The notes: generated from the sequence alone by a model not told the origin. Numbered from the stretch's first letter, positions 26,599 through 36,046 are shown. The stretch is DNA of 64,000 nucleotides from Eubacteriales bacterium (GCA_045660325.1 JAZRDO010000023.1:71889-135888); one strand, 5' to 3'. A program made the numbers and translations.

Positions 26599-27819
26599 TT
26601 AAAATATGGCTCTTGGACACTCGCCCTTTGGCATTTTACTGTTTATCATAGTCGAAGCCGAAACGATGCTCCCCCGTCCAAAGGTGTTACGTATTTTTTC
26701 AACCACTCGGTCGCGGCGCTCAATTTTGTGAAGACTGTCGGCACAGGAAAATATATCAAGCTGTATGGGAGAGGCGGCGGAAATAAGATTTATCGCACGG
26801 ATAGAAAGCGCGCGTACGTTCCGCTCCCAACGGTAATTATCAAGAAACAGTCCGTACGCTACACGAACGAGCTCACTCGGACTTTGCGTGGGTGTGGGCA
26901 GGATCGCCTGACGGCTGATAGTATTAAACGCCGTATCCTTGATTGATATAGCAACACCCTCCGCCATTTTATCCGAGGAGTAGAGCTTATGCCCGATCTC
27001 GTCGGATAATTCGGTCAGCATAGCGTAGACCTCGGCATTGCTCACAATATCCCGCACAGCCGTCGCGCCGTGTCCTACGCTCTTGTCGGGAATGTCAAAA
27101 TTCCGAATTTTCACCGCCTCGTCATCAAGTCCGTTAGCATTTCGGTGCATCTGCTCCCCTACCTTGCCGAACTTATATTTCAAGTATCCCACGGGCATCG
27201 CGGCAAGCTCCCCGATCGTAGTAACCCCCATTTTAGCGAGCCGCTCACCCGAGGATCGACCGACTCCTATCATATCCGTCGCGGGCAAATGCCATATTTT
27301 TTCCCTGAAGCTATCCTTCGCTATAACCGTTACCGCGTCGGGCTTTTTCATATCACTGCCAAGCTTTGCAAAAACCTTATTGAAGGAGACGCCTACTGAA
27401 ATCGTTACCCCGAGCTCCCGCTTTATTCTCTCGCGTATAGTGTGCGCAATAGTCTCGCCGTCGCCGAAAAGCTTAACGCTTCCCGTAACGTCAAGCCAGC
27501 ATTCGTCAAGTCCCATGGGCTCGATAAGATCAGTATAATCATAATAAATTTTTCGCGCGAGGTCGGATATTTTCATATATTCATCAAAATGCGGCGGCAC
27601 GGTAACAAGGGTGCGGCACTTCCGTTTCGCCATAAAGGTCGGCTCGCCCGTCTCCACTCCGTACGCCTTTGCAAGATAGTTTTTTGCCAGAACTATTCCC
27701 TGCCTCAGCTCACTGTCTCCGCATACCGCCACGGGAAAGCTCTTTAGCGCAGGGTTTAACATACACTCGACCGACGCGTAAAAATTATTCATATCACAAT
27801 GTAAAATAACCCTCTCCAT
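26599..27819 (-). CDS. dinB: DNA polymerase IV (Y-family translesion polymerase)
   Basis: MERVILHCDMNNFYASVE...PVAV... is the DinB/UmuC N-terminal signature with full-length pattern. Start at ATG 27819 after GGAGGAG. Confidence 0.93.
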   Translation of the reverse strand: MERVILHCDMNNFYASVECMLNPALKSFPVAVCGDSELRQGIVLAKNYLAKAYGVETGEPTFMAKRKCRTLVTVPPHFDEYMKISDLARKIYYDYTDLIEPMGLDECWLDVTGSVKLFGDGETIAHTIRERIKRELGVTISVGVSFNKVFAKLGSDMKKPDAVTVIAKDSFREKIWHLPATDMIGVGRSSGERLAKMGVTTIGELAAMPVGYLKYKFGKVGEQMHRNANGLDDEAVKIRNFDIPDKSVGHGATAVRDIVSNAEVYAMLTELSDEIGHKLYSSDKMAEGVAISIKDTAFNTISRQAILPTPTQSPSELVRVAYGLFLDNYRWERNVRALSIRAINLISAASPIQLDIFSCADSLHKIERRDRVVEKIRNTFGRGSIVSASTMINSKMPKGECPRAIF

Positions 27820-27923
27820 AGCTCCTCCAAAAAACAAATGTTCTGTTTTGTGCGCTAAAATATATCCGAGATGCTCATATCGGCAATTCTCGGTTGAATT
27901 TAGAACAAATGTATTGCATATTT

Positions 27924-27952
27924 ATTATACCCGAACAAATGTTCTTTGTCAA
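27924..27952 (-). promoter_or_regulatory. dinB promoter with an embedded LexA (Cheo/SOS) box
   Basis: On the minus strand: TTGACA (27952-27947), 17 nt spacer, TATAAT (27929-27924). The spacer contains CGAACAAATGTTCT (27932-27945), a GAAC-N4-GTTC match. A second half-degenerate copy, AGAACAAATGTATT, lies at 27902-27915. Confidence 0.7.
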
Positions 27953-27966
27953 GAGAAAAAATAAAA

Positions 27967-27989
27967 AAGGACGTAAAATTTACGCCCTT
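27967..27989 (-). terminator. intrinsic terminator after the small membrane protein gene
   Basis: AAGGACGTAAA-A-TTTACGCCCTT (1 mismatch), followed on the minus strand by TTTTTTATTTTTT. Confidence 0.65.
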
Positions 27990-28002
27990 TTATCATTTTG
28001 AA

Positions 28003-28308
28003 TTATTCAAAGGAAATATCCATATCCTCGCAGTCGCACTCATCAAAGCCCAAGCAAAGCTCTTCTTCCTTATTGAACTTAGCCTTGATCTTGTTAACAA
28101 TGCCTCTGGGGCTTACGTCAATACCCTTCTTCTTCATAATAACAATTGACGCGATAATACCGCCTACCGTAAGAACAACAGCCACGCAAACAACTGTGAT
28201 AATAATTGCTTTTCTTCTCTTTTCTTCTGCTCTCTTCTTTGCGAAAATTACATCGCCGATCTTTTCAAAGAGATTTGCAAAAAACTGGAAAAATCCCCAC
28301 ATTCTCAT
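28003..28308 (-). CDS. hypothetical small single-pass membrane protein
   Basis: 101 aa. A basic stretch KKRAEEKRRK, then the TM IIITVVCVAVVLTVGGIIASIVI, then an acidic Cys-containing tail EEELCLGFDECDCEDMD. RBS AAAGGAG. It is co-directional with the upstream PFL-family gene. Confidence 0.6.
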   Translation of the reverse strand: MRMWGFFQFFANLFEKIGDVIFAKKRAEEKRRKAIIITVVCVAVVLTVGGIIASIVIMKKKGIDVSPRGIVNKIKAKFNKEEELCLGFDECDCEDMDISFE

Positions 28309-28380
28309 TTTTCTCCTTTTCTGTATTATTTTTATATTTTTTATTATTACACAACTTATAAATATAAATTCAGATAAATA

Positions 28381-29739
28381 TCAATTCTTCAAGCTATGTA
28401 TGGGAGCAGGAACACGTCCGCCGCGGGAAATAAACTTCTTCGGCGAATAGCGGTTGATCTCCATGATAGGAGCGCGACCCAAAAGTCCGCCGTAATCAAT
28501 GTAGTCACCTGCGCTCTTGCCGTATGCGGGAATAACTCTTACCGCCGTCGTCTTGGTATTGACAACGCCGATAGATATCTCGTCGGCAATAATACCGCAG
28601 ATAACAGACTCGTCTATATCACCGGGAATAGCGATCATATCAAGACCCACCGAGCATACCGCCGTCATAGCCTCAAGCTTTTCAAGTGTGAGCGCACCGC
28701 GTACAACCGCCGCGATCATACCCGCAACCTCGGATACGGGAATAAATGCGCCCGAAAGTCCGCCAACGTGGCTGGACGCCATAACGCCGCCCTTCTTAAC
28801 CGCGTCATTAAGCATAGCAAGACAAGCCGTCGTACCGTGCGCACCGCAGGATTCAAGTCCCATTTCCTCCAGGATATGCGCCACACTGTCGCCAATTGCG
28901 GGAGTGGGAGCAAGCGAGAGGTCAACGATGCCGAAGGGCACGCCAAGTCGCTCGGACGCCTCACTGGCAACGAGCTGACCTACTCTTGTTATCTTGAATG
29001 GGGTTTTCTTTATAATTTCCGCAAGAGTCGAAAGGTCGCAATCCCCTGCTCTCTTTATCGCGGAGCTTACAACACCGGGGCCCGAAACACCAACGTTTAT
29101 AACGTTTTCAGGCTCGCCTACGCCGTGGAATGCACCCGCCATAAAGGGGTTATCCTCGGGAACGTTTGCAAACACAACGAGCTTCGCGCAACCGATAGAA
29201 TCTCTGTCGCGAGTAAGGTAAGCCGCTCTCTTTATTGCGCTACCCATAAGCTGAATAGCATCCATATTGATGCCCGCCTTCGTCGTAGCAACGTTTACGG
29301 ACGAGCAAACGAAGTCAGTTTCCGCCAACGCCTCGGGAATAATGGATATCATATTCTTCGCGCCCTGTGTCATTCCCTTATGAACGAGCGCGGAGAACCC
29401 GCCGATAAAGTTGATGCCTATCTCCTTTGCCGCGCGGTCAAGCGTGTGCGCGACCTTCATATAGCCCTCAGGGGAAATACTACCGCCAACGAGGGATATG
29501 GGCGTTACCGAAACTCTTTTATTAACGATCGGAATACCGTATTTCTTTTCAATGTCGTTGCCGACAGAAACCAAGTTTTCAGCGCTTGTAGTGATCTTAT
29601 CGTAAATCTTCTCGCAAAGACGGTTCTCGTCCTCGCTGACACAATCGTAAAGAGAAATTCCCATCGTAATTGTACGAATGTCGAGATTCTCCTGACGGAT
29701 CATGTTTATCGTTTCAAGAATATTATTTGTATTTATCAT
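28381..29739 (-). CDS. PFL-family / UPF0210 (DUF711) protein
   Basis: 452 aa. The N-terminus [10 protein letters not shown] and overall pattern are typical of UPF0210. It pairs with the upstream ACT-domain UPF0237 gene, as is usual for this family. Confidence 0.8.
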   Translation of the reverse strand: MINTNNILETINMIRQENLDIRTITMGISLYDCVSEDENRLCEKIYDKITTSAENLVSVGNDIEKKYGIPIVNKRVSVTPISLVGGSISPEGYMKVAHTLDRAAKEIGINFIGGFSALVHKGMTQGAKNMISIIPEALAETDFVCSSVNVATTKAGINMDAIQLMGSAIKRAAYLTRDRDSIGCAKLVVFANVPEDNPFMAGAFHGVGEPENVINVGVSGPGVVSSAIKRAGDCDLSTLAEIIKKTPFKITRVGQLVASEASERLGVPFGIVDLSLAPTPAIGDSVAHILEEMGLESCGAHGTTACLAMLNDAVKKGGVMASSHVGGLSGAFIPVSEVAGMIAAVVRGALTLEKLEAMTAVCSVGLDMIAIPGDIDESVICGIIADEISIGVVNTKTTAVRVIPAYGKSAGDYIDYGGLLGRAPIMEINRYSPKKFISRGGRVPAPIHSLKN

Positions 29740-29755
29740 AATTTCGCCCGCCGTA

Positions 29756-30025
29756 TCAGATGCTGTGCATCGTGTTGAAAATATCCTCGTGCATTACGTG
29801 AATATCGAGCCCGCGGTCGCGACCGATAGACGAGAGAGCGTCAACAAAATCAGAAAAAGGAATCTTAAGTCCGTCGATATCCGCAAGCATTATCATAGCG
29901 AAATATTCCGAGAGAACGCTCTGGGAAATATCAATTATATTAGCGTCGTACTTTGCACACTCAGTAGCAACCTTTGCAATGATACCTACCGAGTCTTTGC
30001 CTGTTACCGTAATTACTGCCTTCAT
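29756..30025 (-). CDS. ACT domain-containing protein (UPF0237)
   Basis: [38 protein letters not shown]. It is about 89 aa. Start at ATG 30025 after AAAGGGG. Confidence 0.8.
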   Translation of the reverse strand: MKAVITVTGKDSVGIIAKVATECAKYDANIIDISQSVLSEYFAMIMLADIDGLKIPFSDFVDALSSIGRDRGLDIHVMHEDIFNTMHSI

Positions 30026-30196
30026 ATCGTGCACCCCTTTATGAACTAAGCTTAATTGTAATTATATTATACAGTATGAAAAACAAAATATCAAGTAGTT
30101 CGAGCCGTATTTTTTTGAAAAAAATATCAAACAAGATTGAAAAAAAACAATTTTTGTGGTAAAATAAGCTTAAGAAAAACAAAAAGGCGGTTTACA

Positions 30197-30763
30197 ATGA
30201 CACACAGTACTTTTTGCGAGCACATAGTAAAGCAAAAATGTCAGGGAAAATTTCTCGTCGCGAAAATTCTCCTTGCCGCGCTATACTTAGCGATTGCGCT
30301 CATCCCGTCATTCGTGATTATTATGTTCGCTCCCCCCTATCTTATAGTTCCCTTCCTTCTCGTAATAGCCTCGATCGTGTTCGTACTATTCCGACTCACT
30401 TGGAAATATACTAACGTTGAATACGAATACCAAATAATCGACGACACGATTCTTTTTACGAGAATTATAGGCCGTTCAAAGCGAGTATGCGATATCGAAA
30501 TGCCGATCCGCTCGTTTTCTATGATTGGCGCACACAATCCCGACTCCGAGAAATATCTTTCAGAGCTGCTCGTCGACAGAAGCTATCTGTATATTTCCTC
30601 GTTCAATGCCGAGAGCATCCACTTCGGCGTGTTTGACGCGGAGGGCGAATCGTGTATAGTCTTTTTTGAAGCAACCGAAGATATTCTCGCAAAGATAAGA
30701 AGGCACAACCCTTCTGCCATCCGCGCGTATGAGCGCGAGATGCGATCCGTACAGTTAAAATAA
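30197..30763 (+). CDS. hypothetical two-TM membrane protein with a cytoplasmic beta-rich domain
   Basis: About 188 aa from MTHSTFCEH. Two adjacent hydrophobic helices (ILLAALYLAIALIPSFVIIMFA, LIVPFLLVIASIVFVLF) are followed by YEYQIIDDTILFTRIIG... . I recognise no family. Confidence 0.55.
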   Translation: MTHSTFCEHIVKQKCQGKFLVAKILLAALYLAIALIPSFVIIMFAPPYLIVPFLLVIASIVFVLFRLTWKYTNVEYEYQIIDDTILFTRIIGRSKRVCDIEMPIRSFSMIGAHNPDSEKYLSELLVDRSYLYISSFNAESIHFGVFDAEGESCIVFFEATEDILAKIRRHNPSAIRAYEREMRSVQLK

Positions 30764-30783
30764 TTAAAGAAAAGAGAAATAAT

Positions 30784-30996
30784 ATGAAAAAGCAACCCGA
30801 AATTTCAATCCACATGCCCGAGGATCTTTTAAAGAAATTCCTCTATATTTCAAATGCCGAGGGGAGAACTCCGAATAATCAGTTTATCTTTATGCTCAAG
30901 AACAATATCCAGTATTTCGAGCGCACAAAGGGTAAGATCACACCCGCCGCTCTTCAGGGAATTGACATTTCCGAATACACTCAGGACGAGGAATAA
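30784..30996 (+). CDS. small ribbon-helix-helix (Arc/CopG-like) protein
   Basis: 70 aa. ISIHMPEDLLKKFLYISNAEGRTPNNQFIFMLKNNIQYFER fits a beta-strand/helix/helix RHH pattern. It lies 20 nt downstream of the previous gene. Confidence 0.5.
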   Translation: MKKQPEISIHMPEDLLKKFLYISNAEGRTPNNQFIFMLKNNIQYFERTKGKITPAALQGIDISEYTQDEE

Positions 30997-31005
30997 AATA
31001 AAAAA

Positions 31006-31025
31006 ACGAGGCGCGCGCGCCTCGT
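31006..31025. terminator. bidirectional terminator between the RHH gene and tsf
   Basis: ACGAGGCGCGCGCGCCTCGT is a perfect GC-rich palindrome flanked by AAAAAAA and TTTTTT. Confidence 0.85.
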
Positions 31026-31045
31026 TTTTTATTGTAATTTTTAAA

Positions 31046-31969
31046 TTACTTGTTGCCTGTGAGCTTTTCGATTTCAGCTGCGAAATCCTCTTCCTTCTTC
31101 TGGATGCCTTCACCCTTTTCGAAACGGAAGAAGCCTGTGATCTTGATAGAACCGCCGAGTTCCTTTTCTGTCTGTGCAACGTACTTAGAAACTGTAAGGC
31201 TGTCGTCAATGAAGTATTCCATATCCATAAGGCAGTTCTGAGAATAGAACTTACCGATTCTACCGATAACCATCTTTTCGATGATGTTCTGGGGCTTGGA
31301 TGCGTTAGCGGGATCGTTAGCGATCTGAGCCATAAGAATAGCCTTTTCGGACTCGATTACAGATGCGGGAACGCTTTCTCTGTTGAGGTAAGGAGTTGTG
31401 TAAGCGCCTACCTGGAGAGCGATGTTCTTAGCGAATCTGTCGAAGCCGTCCTTATCAGCGCAATCTGTATCGAAGGATACAACTACACCGATAGAGCCTG
31501 TGCCGTGGATATATGTTGCTGTTGTACCGCAAGCTACAGCGAAACGTCTGATTGTGATCTTTTCGCCGATCTGGAAAATCATTTCCTTAAGCTTTGCGTC
31601 AACTGTCTGATCTGCAGAATAGTTGGAAGCGAGAAGCTCTTCAACGTTTGCAGGGTTGTTTGCGATAATGCATCTGAGAAGTTCCTTAACGAAAACCTGG
31701 AAGTTAGCGTTCTTTGCAACGAAGTCTGTCTCGGAGTTAACCTCGATAATAGCTGTCTTGTCGCCATCCTTAAGAATGTCAACAACACCGTCAGCTGCGA
31801 TTCTTGTCTCCATCTTTGTCTGAGCCTTGAGCTCACCCTTTTCACGGAGAATCTTTACAGCCTTATCCATATCGCCGTCAGCCTCAACAAGAGCCTTCTT
31901 GCATTCCATCATACCGATACCTGTCTTTGCGCGGAGAGCCGCAACGTCTTTAGCAGTAATGTTAGCCAT
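31046..31969 (-). CDS. tsf: translation elongation factor Ts
   Basis: MANITAKDVAALRAKTGIGMMECKKALVEADGDMDKAV is the UBA-like EF-Ts N-terminus, with full-length pattern. Confidence 0.95.
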   Translation of the reverse strand: MANITAKDVAALRAKTGIGMMECKKALVEADGDMDKAVKILREKGELKAQTKMETRIAADGVVDILKDGDKTAIIEVNSETDFVAKNANFQVFVKELLRCIIANNPANVEELLASNYSADQTVDAKLKEMIFQIGEKITIRRFAVACGTTATYIHGTGSIGVVVSFDTDCADKDGFDRFAKNIALQVGAYTTPYLNRESVPASVIESEKAILMAQIANDPANASKPQNIIEKMVIGRIGKFYSQNCLMDMEYFIDDSLTVSKYVAQTEKELGGSIKITGFFRFEKGEGIQKKEEDFAAEIEKLTGNK

Positions 31970-32015
31970 TTTAGTAATTCCTTTCAAATATTAAGTTGTA
32001 ACTATTTAGTAGAAA

Positions 32016-32765
32016 TTATGCGTTTTCTGCGTCTTCTGCAGCCTCAGCCTCTGCCTTTACAGCCTCAGCCTCAACTGTAGCTTCGCCCTGCTTACCCTCG
32101 ATAATAGCGTCAGCGATTACGGAGGAGATGAGCTTGATAGCGCGGATAGCGTCGTCGTTACCGGGAATTACGTAGTCAGCATCGTCAGGATCACAGTTTG
32201 TGTCAACGATAGCGATTACCGGAATACCGAGCTTCTTAGCTTCGAGAACTGCGTTTCTTTCCTTGCGGGGGTCAACGATGAAAATAGCGTCAGGAAGCTT
32301 TTCCATTGTCTTGATACCGCCGAGGTTCTTCTCGAGGTCGAAAATTTCCTTCTGAAGAGAAGCAACTTCCTTCTTAGGAAGCATATCGAATGTGCCATCC
32401 TCAGCCATCTTGTTAAGGCTGTTGAGACGAGCGATGGACTTCTTGATTGTCTTGAAGTTTGTCATCATACCGCCGGGCCATCTAACGTTTACGTAGTACT
32501 GACCGCAACGAACTGCTTCTTCCTTAATTGCTTCTGCAGCCTGCTTCTTTGTACCAACGAAAAGGATTGTGCCGTCGTTTTCAGCGAGCTCACGAACGAA
32601 CATGTAAGCTTCTTCAAACTTCTTTACTGTCTTCTGAAGGTCGATGATGTAGATGCCGTTTCTTTCTGTAAAGATGTATTCCTGCATCTTAGGATTCCAT
32701 CTTCTTGTGTGATGTCCGAAATGGACGCCAGCTTCGAGAAGCTGCTTAATAGAGATAATAGACAT
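32016..32765 (-). CDS. rpsB: 30S ribosomal protein S2
   Basis: [27 protein letters not shown]... is the S2 signature. RBS AGGAGG. It has an acidic, Ala/Glu-rich C-terminal tail. Confidence 0.95.
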   Translation of the reverse strand: MSIISIKQLLEAGVHFGHHTRRWNPKMQEYIFTERNGIYIIDLQKTVKKFEEAYMFVRELAENDGTILFVGTKKQAAEAIKEEAVRCGQYYVNVRWPGGMMTNFKTIKKSIARLNSLNKMAEDGTFDMLPKKEVASLQKEIFDLEKNLGGIKTMEKLPDAIFIVDPRKERNAVLEAKKLGIPVIAIVDTNCDPDDADYVIPGNDDAIRAIKLISSVIADAIIEGKQGEATVEAEAVKAEAEAAEDAENA

Positions 32766-32905
32766 TTTTATGTCCTCCTTCGGTTTTTCCACCACAGAAG
32801 CTCCGCGTAAAGATCGTGCCTTTTTCCTTAAGACACAACACCGAGAACGTTTTCGGCTCCTGTGTGTGTATTTGATTTTTACTGTGTTTTTTGCACAGCC
32901 TACAT

Positions 32906-32934
32906 ATTATATCATAGAGATTTAATTTTTGCAA
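32906..32934 (-). promoter_or_regulatory. sigma-A promoter of rpsB-tsf, followed by a ~140 nt structured leader
   Basis: On the minus strand: TTGCAA (32934-32929), 17 nt spacer, TATAAT (32911-32906). The leader contains the near-palindrome CCGAAAACGTTCTCGG flanked by ACACACAGG/TGTTGTGT. Confidence 0.5.
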
Positions 32935-32986
32935 TAGTCGACTTTACAATTTACAATATGTTTACAATTTAAAGCCATAAAAATTC

Positions 32987-33274
32987 TCAGCAACGCTTCC
33001 TTTTACCCTTTGAATCCAAAAATTCACACAGCTCGCGTTCGCTCAGCTTAACGAGAACGGTATCCTCACCGATACATTCTATCCTGCACCACGGGATAAT
33101 ATACTGCTCTTTTTTGAATATGTTCCAGCTCCCCGAGCCGCGCGGGATCTTAACCGAAAGTATCTGTCCGCAATCCGCATCAATCACAAGCTCCGAGATA
33201 AACCCGAGCTTTTCTCCCGTGCAAACGTTGATGACCTCCCTTTCCCGAAGCTCCCTTGTATCAAGCACCCGCAT
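32987..33274 (-). CDS. YlmC/YmxH family sporulation protein (PRC-barrel)
   Basis: MRVLDTRELREREVINVCTGEKLGFISELVIDADCGQILSVKIP...IPWCRIECIGEDTVLV is the typical YlmC/YmxH pattern. Confidence 0.85.
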   Translation of the reverse strand: MRVLDTRELREREVINVCTGEKLGFISELVIDADCGQILSVKIPRGSGSWNIFKKEQYIIPWCRIECIGEDTVLVKLSERELCEFLDSKGKRKRC

Positions 33275-33334
33275 AAAAACCTCCAAATAATAAAAATAAA
33301 GACGGTACATAATTATATGTCCGTCTTTATTCTT

Positions 33335-36025
33335 TTATTTACGGCTTTTCCGTATAAGCTGTCTTATGACGTTTACCGCAACGTAGCAAACCGCATACAC
33401 CGCTATGTAAAGTCCCAAAAGATAGAATGTTTCTATCGAAACGCTGACGTATCCGTACTCGGTAGCCATCGCGGGGATCACTATCGCCATAAGCATCATT
33501 CTGACAACCGACGTAAGCACCAGCGTCATTGCCGCGACGTTCAAAAGCTTGCCCCTGCCGCCTTCATTTTTCGCAAGTCCCTTGATATCGGAAAGATCTA
33601 TCTTCTTACCGAGACACGTACGCATGCTTCCGAGGAAGCTCAGAATAAAGGTAACGATTATACCAAACGTAGTCGCGAGCGGAATACCGCCAACATCCAT
33701 AATATAGCCCGAAGCTGAAAGAATAAGAGCCAAAACAAAATACGTAAGCGAAGCCACGACGGGTGGGATCATACACCACGCGGCGCTTCTTGTAAATTCG
33801 TCAATATCAATAGGCTTCTTTTCAATAAACGATCTCGGCTTGAAGGTCGAGAATGCCGCCACGGTAAAGAACACCAGCGCAACGACAAGCAAAAGTATTA
33901 CGGGATAGCTTATAAGAGATATGCCCGAAACAAACGTCATAACCGTTATAAGCAGGATGGATGCCACAAAGGAAATGTAGAGCAATATCATCTGTAAATA
34001 GTTATACGAGAAGGTCTCTGCACATTTGAGTGCCTCAAAGAAGCCTCTCATACCGCCACTCTCGCTCGTTCCTCTGCCTATTATAACGTCGGCTACCGTA
34101 CGTAATCTTTGCGAGCATCTCTGACTGTATATTTCACCGTCGGCAACGGTAGTCTCAAGCTCACTGTAACGGTACTTGCCCGAGCCGTAATTTATATTGT
34201 CGTAGCTTACGACAACGTCGCTTTCGGCATAGGCTCGAACATATTTGTCCTCAATGCCTACCGTCGCGATCCTCTTACCGTTCTCCTTCATTTTTGCAAT
34301 AAGCTCGGCATACTGCTCGGGAGAGAAGCCCACGTATGCCTCGCAGAGCTTATTTATATTATCCATATCAGCGCGGGCGATATTCTTTCTTTCAAATCCC
34401 GCCGCGCGAAGATAATAGAGATTATATTCTGTTTTTTCATCAAGCATAACCACCGTAGCTATGCCCTTCTTTGCAAGAGCATCCCTGATCTCGCAAAAGC
34501 TCTCGCAAAGACCGTCGCGAAGACCGATGACGCCTTCAAGAATAAGTCTTCCATCTATCTCGGAGATGACCGCGTACGCGATCTCTCCTCTTAAGTCCGC
34601 GCTATCGATGTATTCGCTGATTTTCTCGCGCATACCTTCAGTTATTTCCGCTATGCCGCCATCAAGACGGATGTATTTTGCCGCGCTTACAAGAGCGAAA
34701 TTATCACCGACATACGTACGGTAGCTTACGCCCGCCGTTTCAACCGTAGCCACTCGCTCATCACAAATGCTCGTTCCGAAATAAAGCGACTGAATTCTTA
34801 CGTCGGCAGCAACGCAGTCAAACCTTATCCTTTCAAGCCCGAGAGAAAGTCCGTCAAGCAGCTTTTTTTCAAGATCAAGAGGATATTCCTCGCGTGTGCG
34901 CGCCTTGATATATGCATAAACGCATTCAAGCATAAAGCTATTCGGATCTTGGGCACGGAATTCATCGACCTGCTCACCAAGATAAAACATTCCCGAGGGA
35001 TATTTTTCTCCGTCCGTCATACCTGAAAGACCCATAACCGCAACGTCGGTTATATTCGGAAGCACGTCGATCGCGCGATTGCTCTTGAGAACCGCATAAT
35101 CTCCACCCGTGCCATTCTTTGCCGCGCGCTTTAACACCGACGAGAGCAGTATTCTGCCCGGGATCGGCGAAGAAATAAGTGTCATTGAAAGAATAAGCGC
35201 AAGATACGTAAGGAATATTTCAAGAATTCCCACGTATTTGGCAGTGAACATACCAACGGTCGCCATAATAAGCGCGATTACCGAAAGCACGGATACAAAG
35301 CCCGTAAGATATTTGTACGTACGCTTTATAATGATAGGATCGGAATTTCTCTTAAGAAGTCCGCCCTCTCTTATATCCGCCGACATAACGGTATCGTCGC
35401 CCACCGCGGTTACCACGGCTTTTCCGTAGCCGCCTCTTACAAACGAGCCCGCGATAAGACGGTACGCGCCGTCAAATTCATTCGGCACGCTCTCGTTTAC
35501 GTACTTTATGCCCCCATCAAAGCAAATTTTTGCAATTTCAAGCGAATCGGATTCCACAACGCACGCGTCCGCAGGAATATAATCGCCGCGAAGAAGCACG
35601 ATAACGTCGCCGACCACAAGGTTTCGGCAATCCGTAATATATTCCTTACCCTCACGAAGTACTCGCACGGTCGGGTTGGAATAGAGGTCCATTCTCTCGC
35701 TCTCGCGCTGCGCCGAAAGATAAAGCATTCCCGAAATTATGCTTCCGCTTACAAACGTGGACAGCACGGCAACTCCAAGCTGCGCCCTTCCCATAAAGAA
35801 CGCAACGATAGCCGCCACCGTCAAAATTGCCGCGGGAAGCATCTTTACGACTCCAAAAAAGCAGGAGAGGAATTTTCTCTTCCTTCTTACGTAGAACGAG
35901 CCGTTAACGTAATCCTCGTCCGAGGCTCTCTCCCTCGCGACCTTCCTCGAAAGTCCCGAGGAAATATCAGTATTCAATTTTTCTTCAATATCGGATATAT
36001 CCTCAAAGATTTCGATTTCCTTCAT
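33335..36025 (-). CDS. P-type ATPase homologue with degenerate catalytic motifs (probably non-catalytic)
   Basis: 896 aa. It has a Cation_ATPase_N-like start (SSGLSRKVARER), an A-domain-like VRVLREGKEYITDCRNLVVGDVIVLLRGDYIPADACVV and about 8-10 TM helices. However DKTGT reads GLSGMT, TGES reads VNES, PEGLP reads IPGRIL, TGD reads DEK, and GDGVND reads GIEDKY. Confidence 0.7.
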   Translation of the reverse strand: MKEIEIFEDISDIEEKLNTDISSGLSRKVARERASDEDYVNGSFYVRRKRKFLSCFFGVVKMLPAAILTVAAIVAFFMGRAQLGVAVLSTFVSGSIISGMLYLSAQRESERMDLYSNPTVRVLREGKEYITDCRNLVVGDVIVLLRGDYIPADACVVESDSLEIAKICFDGGIKYVNESVPNEFDGAYRLIAGSFVRGGYGKAVVTAVGDDTVMSADIREGGLLKRNSDPIIIKRTYKYLTGFVSVLSVIALIMATVGMFTAKYVGILEIFLTYLALILSMTLISSPIPGRILLSSVLKRAAKNGTGGDYAVLKSNRAIDVLPNITDVAVMGLSGMTDGEKYPSGMFYLGEQVDEFRAQDPNSFMLECVYAYIKARTREEYPLDLEKKLLDGLSLGLERIRFDCVAADVRIQSLYFGTSICDERVATVETAGVSYRTYVGDNFALVSAAKYIRLDGGIAEITEGMREKISEYIDSADLRGEIAYAVISEIDGRLILEGVIGLRDGLCESFCEIRDALAKKGIATVVMLDEKTEYNLYYLRAAGFERKNIARADMDNINKLCEAYVGFSPEQYAELIAKMKENGKRIATVGIEDKYVRAYAESDVVVSYDNINYGSGKYRYSELETTVADGEIYSQRCSQRLRTVADVIIGRGTSESGGMRGFFEALKCAETFSYNYLQMILLYISFVASILLITVMTFVSGISLISYPVILLLVVALVFFTVAAFSTFKPRSFIEKKPIDIDEFTRSAAWCMIPPVVASLTYFVLALILSASGYIMDVGGIPLATTFGIIVTFILSFLGSMRTCLGKKIDLSDIKGLAKNEGGRGKLLNVAAMTLVLTSVVRMMLMAIVIPAMATEYGYVSVSIETFYLLGLYIAVYAVCYVAVNVIRQLIRKSRK

Positions 36026-36046
36026 TTTTTGTTCCTTTAACTGCTT

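Noticed and set aside
27998-28450. A 150 aa plus-strand ORF overlapping the 101 aa minus-strand ORF 28003-28308.
   Set aside because: The plus ORF runs into the 3' end of the UPF0210 gene and has no RBS. Its hydrophobicity is a mirror effect of the minus-strand TM segment. The minus ORF has AAAGGAG plus ATG and fits the operon direction.
28396-29778. A 460 aa plus-strand ORF lying fully antisense to the UPF0210 gene. Similar long antisense ORFs occur at 30854-32080 (opposite tsf), 36095-37099 (opposite clpE), 21160-21867 (opposite purD), 41903-42583 (opposite ecfA2), 53416-54096, 23023-23592 and 15291-15788.
   Set aside because: Their translations are low-complexity and rich in Arg, Asn, Ser and Cys, with no RBS and no recognisable motifs. 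The sense-strand proteins are clear family members. The pattern is what the host codon bias produces: sense codons that avoid TTA, CTA and TCA leave the complementary frame free of stops. These are shadow ORFs, not overlapping genes.
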